Source of the DNA: an uncultured delta proteobacterium
GTDB lineage: Bacteria; Desulfobacterota; Desulfobacteria; Desulfobacterales; Desulfatirhabdiaceae
Assembly: GCA_963789395.1 (NCBI GenBank)
Contig: CAWBKP010000024.1
Span: forward strand, 256,001-320,000
Direction of reading: 5' to 3'
DNA: 64,000 bases
Shown here: positions 26,758-37,683 of the stretch, in pieces
How positions within the stretch are numbered: the first letter of the stretch is position 1
How the letters are laid out: every line of letters starts with the position of its first letter
Program-made: the position numbers and the translations under genes
The notes under the pieces: model-generated
What the model was told of the DNA's origin: nothing
Databases searched by the model: none
The model's input: only the letters and a program-made list of their open reading frames with translations

Positions 26758-28349
26758 GTCTCCTGCAGCTTTCGGTCTTCAGTCTTCAGACTGTAAATTT
26801 CCCGGATGGCTCCAGGCAGCGCTCCGGCCACTTCCGATGCCAGAAATCCAAACGGTCCCTGGAATTCGCAAAGTGCGTCCGCGGCTTTGCCATGAAGATA
26901 AACACCGGCGTGAGAGGCGGCTTCCGGCCCCATACCCTGTGCCAGCAACCCTGCAATAACGCCGGTAAGCACGTCTCCCATGCCGCCGGCTGCCAGTCCC
27001 GGATTTGCGGTCAGGTTGATATACACGGTTCCGTCCGGATGCGCAATTATGGTTCTGGCGCCTTTTAGAATAAGGTGAACATGATGGGTCTGGGAAAACC
27101 GTCTGGCGGTTCCGATCCGGTCCGCCTGAATATCCGAAACGCTCTGTCCTGTCAATCGGGACATTTCCCCGGGATGCGGGGTTAAAACGGCAGGCGCCTT
27201 CAGGCTGTGTAATACATCGAGGCTGTCGCTGATGCAGTTTAAGCCATCCGCGTCCAGAACCACAGGTATGGAAATTTCGCGGAGAATTTCAAGTACAAGT
27301 TTACGGGTCTCTATCGATGCGCCCATTCCGGGGCCCATGGCCAGACATTTTTTCCCCTGAAGCTGCTCCCGGATGCTGTCACAGAGAGAATCGTCCAAGA
27401 TGCCTTCATGTTGTCCATCCAACGGAGCGGTCATGATTTCCGGGACCTGGGATTGGACGATGGCATTGAGGCTTTTGGGGATTGCCAGTGTTACCAGCCC
27501 GGCGCCGGTCCGCAACGCACCTATCCCGCTCATGATCACAGCCCCGGCTTTTCCGGTGGAACCGCCGACCACCAGTACATGCCCGGCCGTTCCCTTGTGA
27601 CTGGTCGGTGCTCTTCGGGAAAACGAGCGGGTGACGGCCTCGGCCGTCAGGATGTGGTGTCTGGGGCCGATAGCCTCGACAATATGCGGCGGAATACCGA
27701 TATCGATGATTTCCAATCGGCCGGTGAACCCGGCTCCCGGATACAGAATATGTCCAATTTTCGGGAAACCGAAGGTAACGGTGGTATGCGCCTGAATGCA
27801 GGCTCCGCACATCATTCCCGTATCCGCATTCAGGCCGGATGGCATGTCAACGGCGATTACGGGCCGACTCAGGCCGTTCAAAAAATCAATGACTGCCCGG
27901 TATAGCCCTTTCACCTCGGCATTGAGTCCGGTTCCCAGAAGTGCGTCCACCCATATATGATGACCACGCATGGCTGTATGGTGCTGCGTCAGGGAATGCA
28001 GGTCCGTAATTTCAACAACCGGCACTTTCAGCAAATCCAGAAGCTTCAGATTGGCAGCTGCATCGCCTTTTACGGCGGCACGTTCAGAAACGAGGTAAAC
28101 GCTGACGGACGCGCCCAAGCCGGACAGATATCGGGCGATGACAAATCCGTCTCCGCCGTTGTTTCCCCTTCCGGCAACGATGCCGATTCGCTGATTCTGC
28201 CCAGAAGTAGTAATGGCCGGAAATGCCTTTATCAGAACATCGACAACCCCTCTGCCGGCATTTTCCATCAGTACCCGGCCCGGAAGGCCGAATGATTCGA
28301 TGGTTTCCCTGTCCATTTGCTGCATTTCAGAAGCGGTTACAATATACAT
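26754..28349 (-). CDS. nnr: Bifunctional NAD(P)H-hydrate epimerase/dehydratase
   Basis: Motifs LMENAG, GRGNNGGDG, DALLGTG, HKGTAG, LDADGLN, LTPHPGEM and GGMGDVLTG. Start placed at ATG 28349. Confidence 0.95.
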   Translation of the reverse strand: MYIVTASEMQQMDRETIESFGLPGRVLMENAGRGVVDVLIKAFPAITTSGQNQRIGIVAGRGNNGGDGFVIARYLSGLGASVSVYLVSERAAVKGDAAANLKLLDLLKVPVVEITDLHSLTQHHTAMRGHHIWVDALLGTGLNAEVKGLYRAVIDFLNGLSRPVIAVDMPSGLNADTGMMCGACIQAHTTVTFGFPKIGHILYPGAGFTGRLEIIDIGIPPHIVEAIGPRHHILTAEAVTRSFSRRAPTSHKGTAGHVLVVGGSTGKAGAVIMSGIGALRTGAGLVTLAIPKSLNAIVQSQVPEIMTAPLDGQHEGILDDSLCDSIREQLQGKKCLAMGPGMGASIETRKLVLEILREISIPVVLDADGLNCISDSLDVLHSLKAPAVLTPHPGEMSRLTGQSVSDIQADRIGTARRFSQTHHVHLILKGARTIIAHPDGTVYINLTANPGLAAGGMGDVLTGVIAGLLAQGMGPEAASHAGVYLHGKAADALCEFQGPFGFLASEVAGALPGAIREIYSLKTEDRKLQET

Positions 28350-28362
28350 AAGCGTGATGGTT

Positions 28363-28851
28363 TTATATGGCGTTTTCAGGTTCCCATAAGTAATGGATGC
28401 CGGATCTGGGAACCGTGAGCCGGATCTGTTCCAGCAGGCTTCTGGATTTTTCTTCCATGATTTCTGCCCGGGCTGAATCGTGTTCATGGGTAAATCCGGC
28501 CAAGTGAAGCGTGCCGTGAATCAGGAGCTCGATCAGGCGCTGTCGAAAGGAAATGCCGGCGACCTTGGCTTCTTTTTCCGCCGTGTCAGCCGATATGACC
28601 ACATCCCCCAGCAATAAAGGCGAAACCTGCGAGAACTCGCCTTCCTGCATGGCAAAAGAAATCACATTGGTCGGGCCTTCATGCCGGCGGTATTCACGGT
28701 TGATGGTTTCAATCTGGGGATCATCGACGATTAGAAGAGACAGCTCATGGTCAGGATAACCCAAGTCGTTTAAGATGGCTTGTGCCGTCTGCTTGAGGAT
28801 CTTTCTGGGGATCATTTTCCGGTTTTGCCGGTTGCTTATCAGAATGCCCAT
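28363..28851 (-). CDS. ybeY: rRNA maturation endoribonuclease YbeY
   Basis: NREYR..PTNVISF, LLGDVVIS and HGTLHLAGFTH metal motif. Start placed at ATG 28851. Confidence 0.93.
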   Translation of the reverse strand: MGILISNRQNRKMIPRKILKQTAQAILNDLGYPDHELSLLIVDDPQIETINREYRRHEGPTNVISFAMQEGEFSQVSPLLLGDVVISADTAEKEAKVAGISFRQRLIELLIHGTLHLAGFTHEHDSARAEIMEEKSRSLLEQIRLTVPRSGIHYLWEPENAI

Positions 28852-31150
28852 CTTTTGCCTTTCCGCCAACCAGTACCAGTGCTTCGCTATATTCAATCCG
28901 GTGATGGTGAATGCCGTTTAAAATCCTGTTGAAAGTTTTGGCAATGCTGTTCAGATCCTTGAGGGTCAGCTCGCAGTTATTCAGTTGTCCATCTGAAAAC
29001 ACCTTGTTGATCAGTTTCTGAACGAGTCCCTGGATTCTGGCCGGGGTTGGATTGTCCAGGGTTCGGGAAGCTGCCTCCACCACGTCGGCCAGCATCAGCA
29101 GGCCGGCTTCGCGTGTCTGCGGTTTGGGTCCGGGATACCGGTAGTCATCCGCATTGACTTCTTTGTCACCTTTAAGCTGCTTGGCTTTTTCATAAAAGTA
29201 ACTGATAAGGCTGGTGCCGTGAGACTGCTGTATGGTATCGGCGATTGTCTGGCCCAGTTTATGCTCCATAGCTATTTCCACGCCGTCCTTGACATGGGCG
29301 ATCAGGATTCTTCGGGACATGGAAGGCGCCAGCTTGTCGTGCTTGTTCTTGCCGTTGGACTGATTTTCAATGAAATACAGCGGTTTTTTGACTTTTCCGA
29401 TGTCATGGTAATATCCACACACCTTTGCCATCAATGGGTTGGCGCCGATTTCAGATGCAGCGGCTTCCACCATGGACCCCACGATTACTGAATGATGATA
29501 GGTGCCAGGCGCTTCGATCATCAGTTTTCGCAGAATGGGGCAGTCCAGGTTGGAAAGCTCCAGCAGTTTGATGTCGGTTGTGTACTCGAAAATGATTTCA
29601 ACCAGCGGCGCAAGGCCGGCAGCCACTATACCGGAGCCGATACCGCCAAGAAAAGCAAAAGACAGGTTCCACAGCAGCTCGGACACATAAAAATCCGCGC
29701 TGAGAAACGTCATGGCCGAGGCCAGAACGATATTGAGCAGGCCGATGCGAATTCCGGCCTTGATAAACACTTTTCGTTCCCGACAATGCTGCATGCAGTA
29801 AGCAGCTGTCAGGCTGCTCAGCATAAAATAAACAAAAATATCGAAGCGGTTCTGGAAAATAAATGCAGTGGCAACGGAAAGGATCAGGGCAAATGCAGTT
29901 GCCACATTCAACCCCATGAACAGGCAGACCGTCATGGCGCCGGATGCCATTGGAACGCCAAGCAGCATGGCGGACAAGGAAACACCGGATGATGTTTTCT
30001 GAGCCAGGGTTTCAGACAGGGTGACCGATACCCGCGCAACCAGAAAAAACACAATAAGCATACAGGATAAAAACAGCAGGTCATTATTGAGATTCCGATT
30101 GACCGGACGGTTGTGGTATTTAAGGAGAATAAAAATGATGCAAAGCAGGCAAACCATCATGATGGTGGCACCGACTCCGATAGACAGTTTCAGATGCTGT
30201 TTTTCCTGTGCCTGCAGGGCATTGATTTTGAAAAGATGATCAATGGTCACCCGCTCGCCTTCGCGCATCAGCATTTCTCCGGCCTTGATCTTGTACAGAA
30301 CGGGTTTGACACTGTCGTATGCCTTCTTTTTCCGCTCTTCGGTCTCTTTCCGGTTAAAGGTGATATTGGGCTTAATCATTTGCTGAACAAATTCTACAAT
30401 CAGGTTCCTGAGATTGGCATTGACATCATTTAGAAGCGGGGCCCCAACTACCCGAACCATGGTTTTGGCCTGGTCCAGCCCGTAAAACGATTTCAGGCGG
30501 ATACTGATGGTTTCGGAAAGGGTTGCGATGTCTCTAAGGATAATGCCTTTGTCCATTTCTTTGAGAAGAACGTCTTTATTGGATACAACCCCGTTTTCAA
30601 GAACCGTGGACAATATGCGGACGATTTGATCGGCGACGGGTTTGGAAAATTCCTCTTTTTCCAGGATGGCGTAGTTGCCATCGCTAACTGAAAAGCCGAT
30701 TGCTGCTTCGAATTTTGATTTTTGTTCCAGGATGCGATCGTGCAGGTTGGGTTTGTGAAGGGAAATGGCAGGCGGTCCCGCACCGGAAAGGGCATTTGCG
30801 GTTTCCGGGGTTTTATCACTCTCAATGACCCGTCGAACCAGCCCAAATGCCTGTCCCACGCCCTTCGACAAAGCAGGCGCAAGGAGGGAGTCCAGATCAT
30901 ATACCGAAAGAACTTCTTCCATGGCTTTGTGTCGGTTGGTTTCCGTGGCATCTGGGTCTTCAATCAGAAAACTTTTAGGGGATTTGACATCCCTTTCAAC
31001 CACATCTCCCAGGTTGTAGGAAAGCGGGTTGTGGATCAGATTGGGGTAAAGTAGAGATAGAAAGACAAGCGTTATGACGGAAAGCAGGATCCATCTTAAA
31101 TGAGGACTGGTATAAATAAAGGTGGTCAGCGTTTTTTTAATTTTTCCCAT
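28751..31150 (-). CDS. 7TM-HD phosphohydrolase (PgpH-like, candidate c-di-AMP phosphodiesterase)
   Basis: N-terminal TM, large extracytoplasmic domain, multi-TM block, then APGTYHHS, YYHDIGK, YFIENQ, YPGPKPQ and MLADVVEAASR. Lies between phoH and ybeY. Confidence 0.9.
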   Translation of the reverse strand: MGKIKKTLTTFIYTSPHLRWILLSVITLVFLSLLYPNLIHNPLSYNLGDVVERDVKSPKSFLIEDPDATETNRHKAMEEVLSVYDLDSLLAPALSKGVGQAFGLVRRVIESDKTPETANALSGAGPPAISLHKPNLHDRILEQKSKFEAAIGFSVSDGNYAILEKEEFSKPVADQIVRILSTVLENGVVSNKDVLLKEMDKGIILRDIATLSETISIRLKSFYGLDQAKTMVRVVGAPLLNDVNANLRNLIVEFVQQMIKPNITFNRKETEERKKKAYDSVKPVLYKIKAGEMLMREGERVTIDHLFKINALQAQEKQHLKLSIGVGATIMMVCLLCIIFILLKYHNRPVNRNLNNDLLFLSCMLIVFFLVARVSVTLSETLAQKTSSGVSLSAMLLGVPMASGAMTVCLFMGLNVATAFALILSVATAFIFQNRFDIFVYFMLSSLTAAYCMQHCRERKVFIKAGIRIGLLNIVLASAMTFLSADFYVSELLWNLSFAFLGGIGSGIVAAGLAPLVEIIFEYTTDIKLLELSNLDCPILRKLMIEAPGTYHHSVIVGSMVEAAASEIGANPLMAKVCGYYHDIGKVKKPLYFIENQSNGKNKHDKLAPSMSRRILIAHVKDGVEIAMEHKLGQTIADTIQQSHGTSLISYFYEKAKQLKGDKEVNADDYRYPGPKPQTREAGLLMLADVVEAASRTLDNPTPARIQGLVQKLINKVFSDGQLNNCELTLKDLNSIAKTFNRILNGIHHHRIEYSEALVLVGGKAKDGHSDKQPAKPENDPQKDPQADGTSHLKRLGLS

Positions 31151-31152
31151 AA

Positions 31153-32127
31153 TTATTTTGTCCTGCCGTTTTCAAGGTCTTCATATGCTTTGATGATGTC
31201 CTGAACCAGGCGGTGGCGGACGACATCTTCCTTGGAAAAAAAGACAAATTGAATGCCGGGAATATCCTGAAGAATTTTTTTTGCTTCGATGAGGCCGGAC
31301 GGTTTTTGGGAAGGCAAATCAATCTGAGTGATGTCTCCGGTAATGACAGCCTTGGCGTTGAAGCCGATCCGGGTCAAGAACATTTTCATCTGCTCCGAAG
31401 TGGTGTTCTGCGCTTCATCCAGAATGATGAATGCATCGTTTAACGTCCGGCCTCTCATGAAAGCAATGGGCGCTACCTCGATGGCGCCCTGTTGAATCAG
31501 GCTGGCTGCTTTTTCAAAGCGCATCATGTCGTGAAGCGCATCATAGAGAGGTCTGAGATAGGGGTCGACTTTTTCCGAGAGATCCCCGGGCAAAAATCCC
31601 AGGGCTTCACCGGCTTCGACGGCAGGCCGGGTCAGAATGATGCGACGAACCGTTCCCTTGGAAAGCTCGGATACCGCCATGGCCATGGCCAGATACGTTT
31701 TGCCGGTTCCTGCCGGGCCGATGCCGAATACAATGTCATGAGTTCTCATGGCGTCAATATAGTCTTTCTGGGAACGGCTCTTGGGGGAAATAGGGGTTTT
31801 CTTGGAGGTCATAAAGACCGTATCCAGAAAAAGGTCTTTTAATTTGGCGCTGTCATCGGAACTGAGAACGCGAATGGCATAGTCGATGTCCGTGGGGTAA
31901 ACGGAATAACCGCTTTTCAACAGGTCATAGAGCTGATTGAGAATATTTCTTGCAAGCGATTCCGCAAAGGATTCTCCCTGAATCATGACCGTATTGCCCC
32001 GGGTCTGAATCGCTACATCAAGCGCTTCGGCAATTTTATTCAGGTGGGCGTTATGTTCCCCAAAAAGTTGTCTGGCCAGATGAATATCCGGCAATGTCAG
32101 GTGCGTTGCGTTGGTTTCTTTTGCCAT
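31153..32127 (-). CDS. phoH: PhoH-family ATPase
   Basis: Motifs GPAGTGKTYLA, TRPAVEAGE, LGFLPGD, MRGRTL and DEAQN. Start placed at ATG 32127. Confidence 0.95.
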   Translation of the reverse strand: MAKETNATHLTLPDIHLARQLFGEHNAHLNKIAEALDVAIQTRGNTVMIQGESFAESLARNILNQLYDLLKSGYSVYPTDIDYAIRVLSSDDSAKLKDLFLDTVFMTSKKTPISPKSRSQKDYIDAMRTHDIVFGIGPAGTGKTYLAMAMAVSELSKGTVRRIILTRPAVEAGEALGFLPGDLSEKVDPYLRPLYDALHDMMRFEKAASLIQQGAIEVAPIAFMRGRTLNDAFIILDEAQNTTSEQMKMFLTRIGFNAKAVITGDITQIDLPSQKPSGLIEAKKILQDIPGIQFVFFSKEDVVRHRLVQDIIKAYEDLENGRTK

Positions 32128-32423
32128 GGTGTATAAAAGCCAAATACCGTAAAATTGTCTCAGTCCGGGGCATTGTTTCAAATTATTCAAGCTGATTTTA
32201 TATCACATCATTTTCATCAAATGCAAATACCAAATATTGAAGACTTGCGGCCGGAGTGCAAAGGCAGGAAGACTGAAAGTGTTTCAGGAACGATGTGGGG
32301 GGGGCAGACAATGCATCCGGTAACATGAAGACATGATGCAGAATGAGGAAAATGCATGGAGAAATGATTTTATTCGGATAAAAAGGTTGCGATCCTTACG
32401 TATTAAGGATACATCAGCACCCT

Positions 32424-33895
32424 ATGAATTCAACACCTGATCTTCGTATCGTTTCCGTTAATGACGTTCCGGTTCAGTCGGATGGCGATTATGTGCTTTA
32501 CTGGATGACTGCATTTCGCAGAACAGGCTGGAATTTCAGTCTGCAGCGGGCTGTCGAATGGGCCGTAACACTTCAAAAACCCCTTGTCGTTCTTGAGGCG
32601 ATCCGATGCGATTATCCGCTGGCCTGTGACCGCTTTCACGACTTTATGCTCAGCGGTATGAACGCCAACCGACAGGGGTTTACAGGTAAACCCGTATATT
32701 ATTATCCATTTGTGGAGACGTGTAAAGGGCAGGGCAAGGGCCTGATTTCAGCCCTTGGCAACCGTGCCTGTGTGGTGGTTACCGATGCATATCCTTGTTT
32801 TTTTCTGCCGCGAATGCTGCAAGCAGCATCCAAAGAGTGTCGGGTTAAACTGGAATCGGTGGATTCAAACGGACTGATGCCACTTGGTGATGCTGATCGG
32901 GTATTTACAACGGCGTATAGTTTCCGTCGATTTCTGCAAAAAAATATGATCCGGTATCTTCAGGAATTTCCGGAACCGGATCCGTTATCCCGGATCTCGC
33001 TGCCCATGTTGCCGGCGCTGCCTGAAAAAATTCTGCAGAAATGGCCGGCAGCCTCACCAGACATCCTTGCTGCGGGACCGAACATACTAAAAATCATGCC
33101 CATTTCCCATCATATAAGTCCGGTGTCCGGTTTTACCGGAGGCCAGACAGCCGGCGGGCGGGTACTGAATGCGTTTTTATCGCGGATTTTATATCATACA
33201 ATGATTTAAGAAATCATCCGGATGCGGATGCAACCAGCGGGCTGGGGGCTTATCTGCATTTCGGACATATTTCCAGCCATCAGGTTGTGTCCGAGATTCT
33301 GAAACTGGAAAACTGGACGACAGACCGCCTGGAGGGTCCGGATCGGGGGCAGCGGTCCGGATGGTGGCAACTGAGTGATTCCGCAGAGGCGTTTTTAGAT
33401 CAGATCATTACCTGGCGAGAGCTGGGGTTCAATATGTGTGTTCAGAAGCCGGACGAATATGATCAGTTCAGTTCGCTTCCCGGCTGGGCTCAAAAAGAGC
33501 TGAATCTTCATGCAAGCGATGCGCGCCCTTATCTGTATGCGGCCGAAGTCCTTGAGAACGCCGCAACCCATGACTCCCTGTGGAATGCTGCGCAGATACA
33601 GCTGATTCGTGAAGGCAGAATTCATAATTATCTGCGGATGCTCTGGGGGAAAAAGATCCTGGAATGGTCTTCATGTCCTCAGGAGGCGCTTCAAACAATG
33701 ATTCATCTGAATAATGCCTATGCCCTGGATGGTCGCGATCCCAATTCCTACACGGGGATTTTCTGGATACTGGGTCGCTATGACCGGCCCTGGGGTCCCG
33801 CCAGGCCGATCTTCGGCAAGATCCGCTATATGAGTTCCGTGAACACCCGTCGAAAACTGAAGTTAAAAGCCTATTTGCAGCGGTACCGTGCGTAA
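32424..33895 (+). CDS. Deoxyribodipyrimidine photolyase (class II-like); one frameshift near 33185-33195
   Basis: YVLYWM, VDSNG, SGLGAYLHFGHIS, WRELGFN, THDSLWNAAQ, IHNYLRMLWGKKILEW, LDGRDPNSY and FGKIRYM. Confidence 0.9.
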
Positions 33896-34179
33896 GGTCT
33901 TCATAATTATTCACCTGGTCAAGAAAAAACGGGCACCAAAAGCCTTGATTCCGCTTCTTGTTTGAATTCCTGCGTTTTTCCTTCTCTGCTTTTTCATTGA
34001 ACCCCTCCCCGCGATTATACATCCACGCTGATGAAAGTGTCCGCTAATTCCCTGCCACATCAAATCAATTCCGAGCCACTCAGGGCAAGATGGCTGTGTA
34101 CCTTATGAAGAGCATGAGCAGGTAATTTCCAAATGCAGCTGCCCTGTATGGAATACATCTTTAACCCATTGATATGGCA

Positions 34180-34596
34180 TTACTTGTTGTGTTTATTTTT
34201 ATTGCCTTTTCCGTTCCCGTGCTTCGAGTCGTGGCCATGGTTGTAGTCATGACCATGGCCATGACTTTTGTAGCTTGGCACATACACGTTGTTGTACCAA
34301 GTGTCCCGGACGAAATATACAGGAACACCACAGGCGTTGTATTTCGCACAGTGTTTGTTCCAGTGCTTCTCATGGCCGGGAGGCACATGGAGATAAACCG
34401 GTCTTTGAGCTACCCCCATCGGCACTGTCTGAATGATAACAGGCGTTTGATAGATCACCTGCGGTTGCGGGACGTTTCCGATGTCTATCTGGCCGTAGAA
34501 CCCGGGCTGTCCAACGCTGACGGAGACCCCAATGTCTGCAGCCATTGCCGGTGTCAAAGTAGCGAGTACTATGATAAAAATAATGAATTTAAGCAT
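34180..34596 (-). CDS. Exported hypothetical protein with HVPPGH..HW..HC..YNAC..PVYFV motif and a His/Gly/Lys-rich tail
   Basis: Signal peptide (AMA-A), compact conserved-looking motif block, and tail HGHGHDYNHGHDSKHGNGKGNKNKHNK. Confidence 0.75.
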   Translation of the reverse strand: MLKFIIFIIVLATLTPAMAADIGVSVSVGQPGFYGQIDIGNVPQPQVIYQTPVIIQTVPMGVAQRPVYLHVPPGHEKHWNKHCAKYNACGVPVYFVRDTWYNNVYVPSYKSHGHGHDYNHGHDSKHGNGKGNKNKHNK

Positions 34597-35051
34597 TTAA
34601 AAATCCTTTCCAATGATAAAATATCCGGTCAATCTCCGATAAACATACGCTGTATAAAATGGGAGCGTTCCAGTCAAGTTCGCCGATACGGATTTCAATT
34701 CTATACCGGACATGACCAGTATCATGCATGGGTTTTTGTATGAAATTTCAGGATCAATTGTCAAAAAGTATTTCTGAAATACCCCCCCCATGACCTGAGT
34801 GGATATATCGCAGGATGAAAATGGATTGGTTGCAATAATGGATTGCGTCTCACTCATATGCCTGTTACATATACGGAAACACTGGCGTGATATCAATGGT
34901 GCCGGCAGCATTGCCCGTTAGGGCATCCCGTGCAGATTTCAGAGGCAAAGTAATCCAGCATTTTCTAAAGTCCATGATACTGGATCTGTGCCGAAAAAGC
35001 CAGTGCCTTTTTAATTAAGCATTTCCATCGAAAACAATAGGGAGAATATCG

Positions 35052-35972
35052 ATGCGTTGGCGTGAAAATCGCAAAAGCAGCAATGTGGAAGACCGACGTG
35101 GTATGAGCCCCTCCGGACTCGACGACTTGGGCGGTGGTGATAGAAGTGGCATGTTACGGTTGCTTCCCGTCGTATTCAAATTTTTAGGCTTCAAAGGCAC
35201 CGTAATATTGGCTTTGTGTGTGGGAGCTTACGGCTATTTTACCGGAAACCTCGACAATATGTTACATGACATTGGTCTCCTGCAAGGTACCGCACCCAGC
35301 ACGTCTTCAGCACCGTTTCAGCAAACTGCAGCAGAAAAAGAACTGGTGGACTTTGTTTCAGTCGTTCTGGCCGATACCGAAGAAACCTGGACCACCTTGT
35401 TCCGGCAAAAGGGAAGAACTTATACAGAACCTCGCCTTGTACTGTTTCGAGGCTCGGTTCAATCCGCTTGCGGAACGGCTCAATCAGCCGTTGGGCCCTT
35501 CTATTGTCCGAGTGATCAAAAAGTCTACATCGACCTGGGTTTTTATGACCAATTGAAAAATCGATTCAAGGCACCGGGGGACTTTGCACAGGCATATGTC
35601 ATTGCCCACGAAGTCGGGCACCATGTCCAGAACCTGGCGGGTATATCCGGCAAAGTTCACGAGGCCCGCAATAAACTCAGCAAGGAAGAAGGCAACAAGC
35701 TCTCCGTGCGCCTGGAGTTGCAGGCTGACTGTCTTGCGGGCGTCTGGGCCAATCATGCCGACAAAGCCAGGCACCTTCTTGAAGAAGGTGATGTGGAAGA
35801 AGGCCTGACCGCAGCAAGCGCCATCGGTGATGACACTTTACAGAAACAGTCGCAAGGATATGTAACACCGGACTCATTTACCCACGGCAGTTCCGCACAA
35901 CGGGTGAAATGGTTTAAAATCGGGTTGAAAAGCGGCGATATGGACAGTTGTGACACATTTAAAAATATGTAG
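35052..35972 (+). CDS. Neutral zinc metallopeptidase (YpfJ-like)
   Basis: RKSSNVEDRRG, SACG..GPFYCP, GDFAQAYVIAHEVGHHVQ (HExxH), ELQADC and SFTHGSS. Confidence 0.92.
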   Translation: MRWRENRKSSNVEDRRGMSPSGLDDLGGGDRSGMLRLLPVVFKFLGFKGTVILALCVGAYGYFTGNLDNMLHDIGLLQGTAPSTSSAPFQQTAAEKELVDFVSVVLADTEETWTTLFRQKGRTYTEPRLVLFRGSVQSACGTAQSAVGPFYCPSDQKVYIDLGFYDQLKNRFKAPGDFAQAYVIAHEVGHHVQNLAGISGKVHEARNKLSKEEGNKLSVRLELQADCLAGVWANHADKARHLLEEGDVEEGLTAASAIGDDTLQKQSQGYVTPDSFTHGSSAQRVKWFKIGLKSGDMDSCDTFKNM

Positions 35973-36128
35973 GCCATTTTGCCGGGCGCCGTGTGCAAAC
36001 ACCATTGCGCCGAACTGATTGCGCGGCGCGTTTGGGAAGTTAGATGTTTCGTGCTGACTTCAGCCTCAAGGCTCTGATGATACATGAGGATTATCGAATT
36101 TTCGAAATAGAAGGGAAAGATTCTTGAT

Positions 36129-36863
36129 ATGAGTACACCCATTCGCGCGGTCCTGTTTGATCTGGACGATACGCTCCTGGAAAACAACGTGGACCGTTTT
36201 TTGAAAGCGTATTTCGGCCTGCTGGCGCCCCATATGGCCCATATGGTTCCTGCGGAGAAATTCATATCCGCGCTGATACGGGCAACCAATGCGATGATTA
36301 CAAACCAAGACCCTTCCATCACGAACCAACAGGCGTTCATGGATGAATTTTTCCCGATGGTCGGGCGGACGGCAGAAGAAATGATGCCCCTCTTTGATGA
36401 GTTCTACGCGGTGCAGTTCGGTAAACTCCGATCGCTCACCCGTCCCAACCCTTCAGCACGCGCAGCCATCCAGGCCGCATTCGATGCAGGGTGCGATGTG
36501 GTCATCGCCACGAATCCCGTCTTTCCCGAGACAGCGATCCGGCAGCGGATGGAATGGGCCGGTGTTTCGGATTTTCCCTTCAAGCTGATCACATCCTACG
36601 AGGTGATGCACGCAGCCAAACCAAGCTGCCGTTATTACCGGGAGATTCTCGATCATATCGGCCGCTGTGCGGATGAATGCGTCATGGTAGGAGACGATTG
36701 GGGCAACGATGTGGTGCCCGCGATGAAAGCCGGTCTACAGGTATTCTGGATCAATACAGAGACGAATTCAATGAATGCACTTGATCCTTCTGCAAGAGGA
36801 ACCCTGGCTGAATTCGAGGAGTGGTTTTCCCTGATTGCACGGACAAAATGTCTTCTCCGATGA
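36129..36863 (+). CDS. HAD-family hydrolase
   Basis: Motifs FDLDDTL, IATNP, AKP and MVGDDWGND. Confidence 0.9.
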   Translation: MSTPIRAVLFDLDDTLLENNVDRFLKAYFGLLAPHMAHMVPAEKFISALIRATNAMITNQDPSITNQQAFMDEFFPMVGRTAEEMMPLFDEFYAVQFGKLRSLTRPNPSARAAIQAAFDAGCDVVIATNPVFPETAIRQRMEWAGVSDFPFKLITSYEVMHAAKPSCRYYREILDHIGRCADECVMVGDDWGNDVVPAMKAGLQVFWINTETNSMNALDPSARGTLAEFEEWFSLIARTKCLLR

Positions 36864-37013
36864 TCTATTGCGTTTTCTCGATCCGATAAGTTGTCCACTT
36901 TTTCTTCCGGTCGAAGTGAAATCACTCTCTATCCCGATTGACCATGAAGATTATTGACATAACCAGATCGATCGTAATATTGTAAATAAATATGGATCGA
37001 TGGAGGTATTGGC

Positions 37014-37220
37014 ATGCAATCAGTAATCGTATCACCTAAATATCAAGTCGTTATACCAAAAGCTGTCAGGGAAGCATTGAATCTTCGTCCGGGCCAGAAA
37101 TTACAGATAATGGAATTTGCTGGACGTATCGAGCTTATCCCGGAGCGCGACATCAAAGAACTCCGTGGATTTCTCAAGGGCATCAATACGGAATTCAATC
37201 GAGAGGATGATAGAGTATGA
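37014..37220 (+). CDS. vapB: AbrB/MazE-type antitoxin
   Basis: SPKYQVVIPKAVREALNLRPGQ swapped-hairpin motif; 4-nt overlap with the PIN gene. Confidence 0.88.
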   Translation: MQSVIVSPKYQVVIPKAVREALNLRPGQKLQIMEFAGRIELIPERDIKELRGFLKGINTEFNREDDRV

Positions 37221-37591
37221 ATATCGTGGATTCTTCCGGTTGGCTTGCATACTTTGCGGATGAGCCTAATGCCAAACATTTCCTCCCTCCCTTGAATGAT
37301 TCTGCTTCACTTGTTGTCCCAACGGTAACGATATATGAGGTTTTTAAAGTAATTCTTCGGGAATCCTGCGAAAATGACGCACTGCAAGCAGTTTTTGCCA
37401 TGCAAAATGGAGCGGTTGTGGATCTAAAAGCATCATTGGCGATTGCCGCTTCAAGGTTGAGTCTGGAACATAATCTTCCAATGGCGGACAGTATTATTCT
37501 TGCAACGGCTCGGGAATTCAACGCCATTCTCTGGACTCAGGATTCGGATTTTAAAAATATCTGCAATGTGAAGTATTTCCCCAAGAAATAG
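37217..37591 (+). CDS. vapC: PIN-domain toxin
   Basis: Acidic PIN residues in VDSSGW, YEV, MADSIILA and TQDSDF. Confidence 0.9.
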   Translation: MNIVDSSGWLAYFADEPNAKHFLPPLNDSASLVVPTVTIYEVFKVILRESCENDALQAVFAMQNGAVVDLKASLAIAASRLSLEHNLPMADSIILATAREFNAILWTQDSDFKNICNVKYFPKK

Positions 37592-37683
37592 GAAAAGGAT
37601 GAGGGGGACAAATCTTTATCTGGAAAAAGGCTCATAAACGAGTATATCAATATAAAGATTGACCCCAGATTCCGCCAATTGAG

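Noticed and set aside
37014..37591. vapBC as the marker of a prophage or defence island
   Set aside because: No integrase, phage or other defence genes nearby; it looks like an ordinary stand-alone TA pair.
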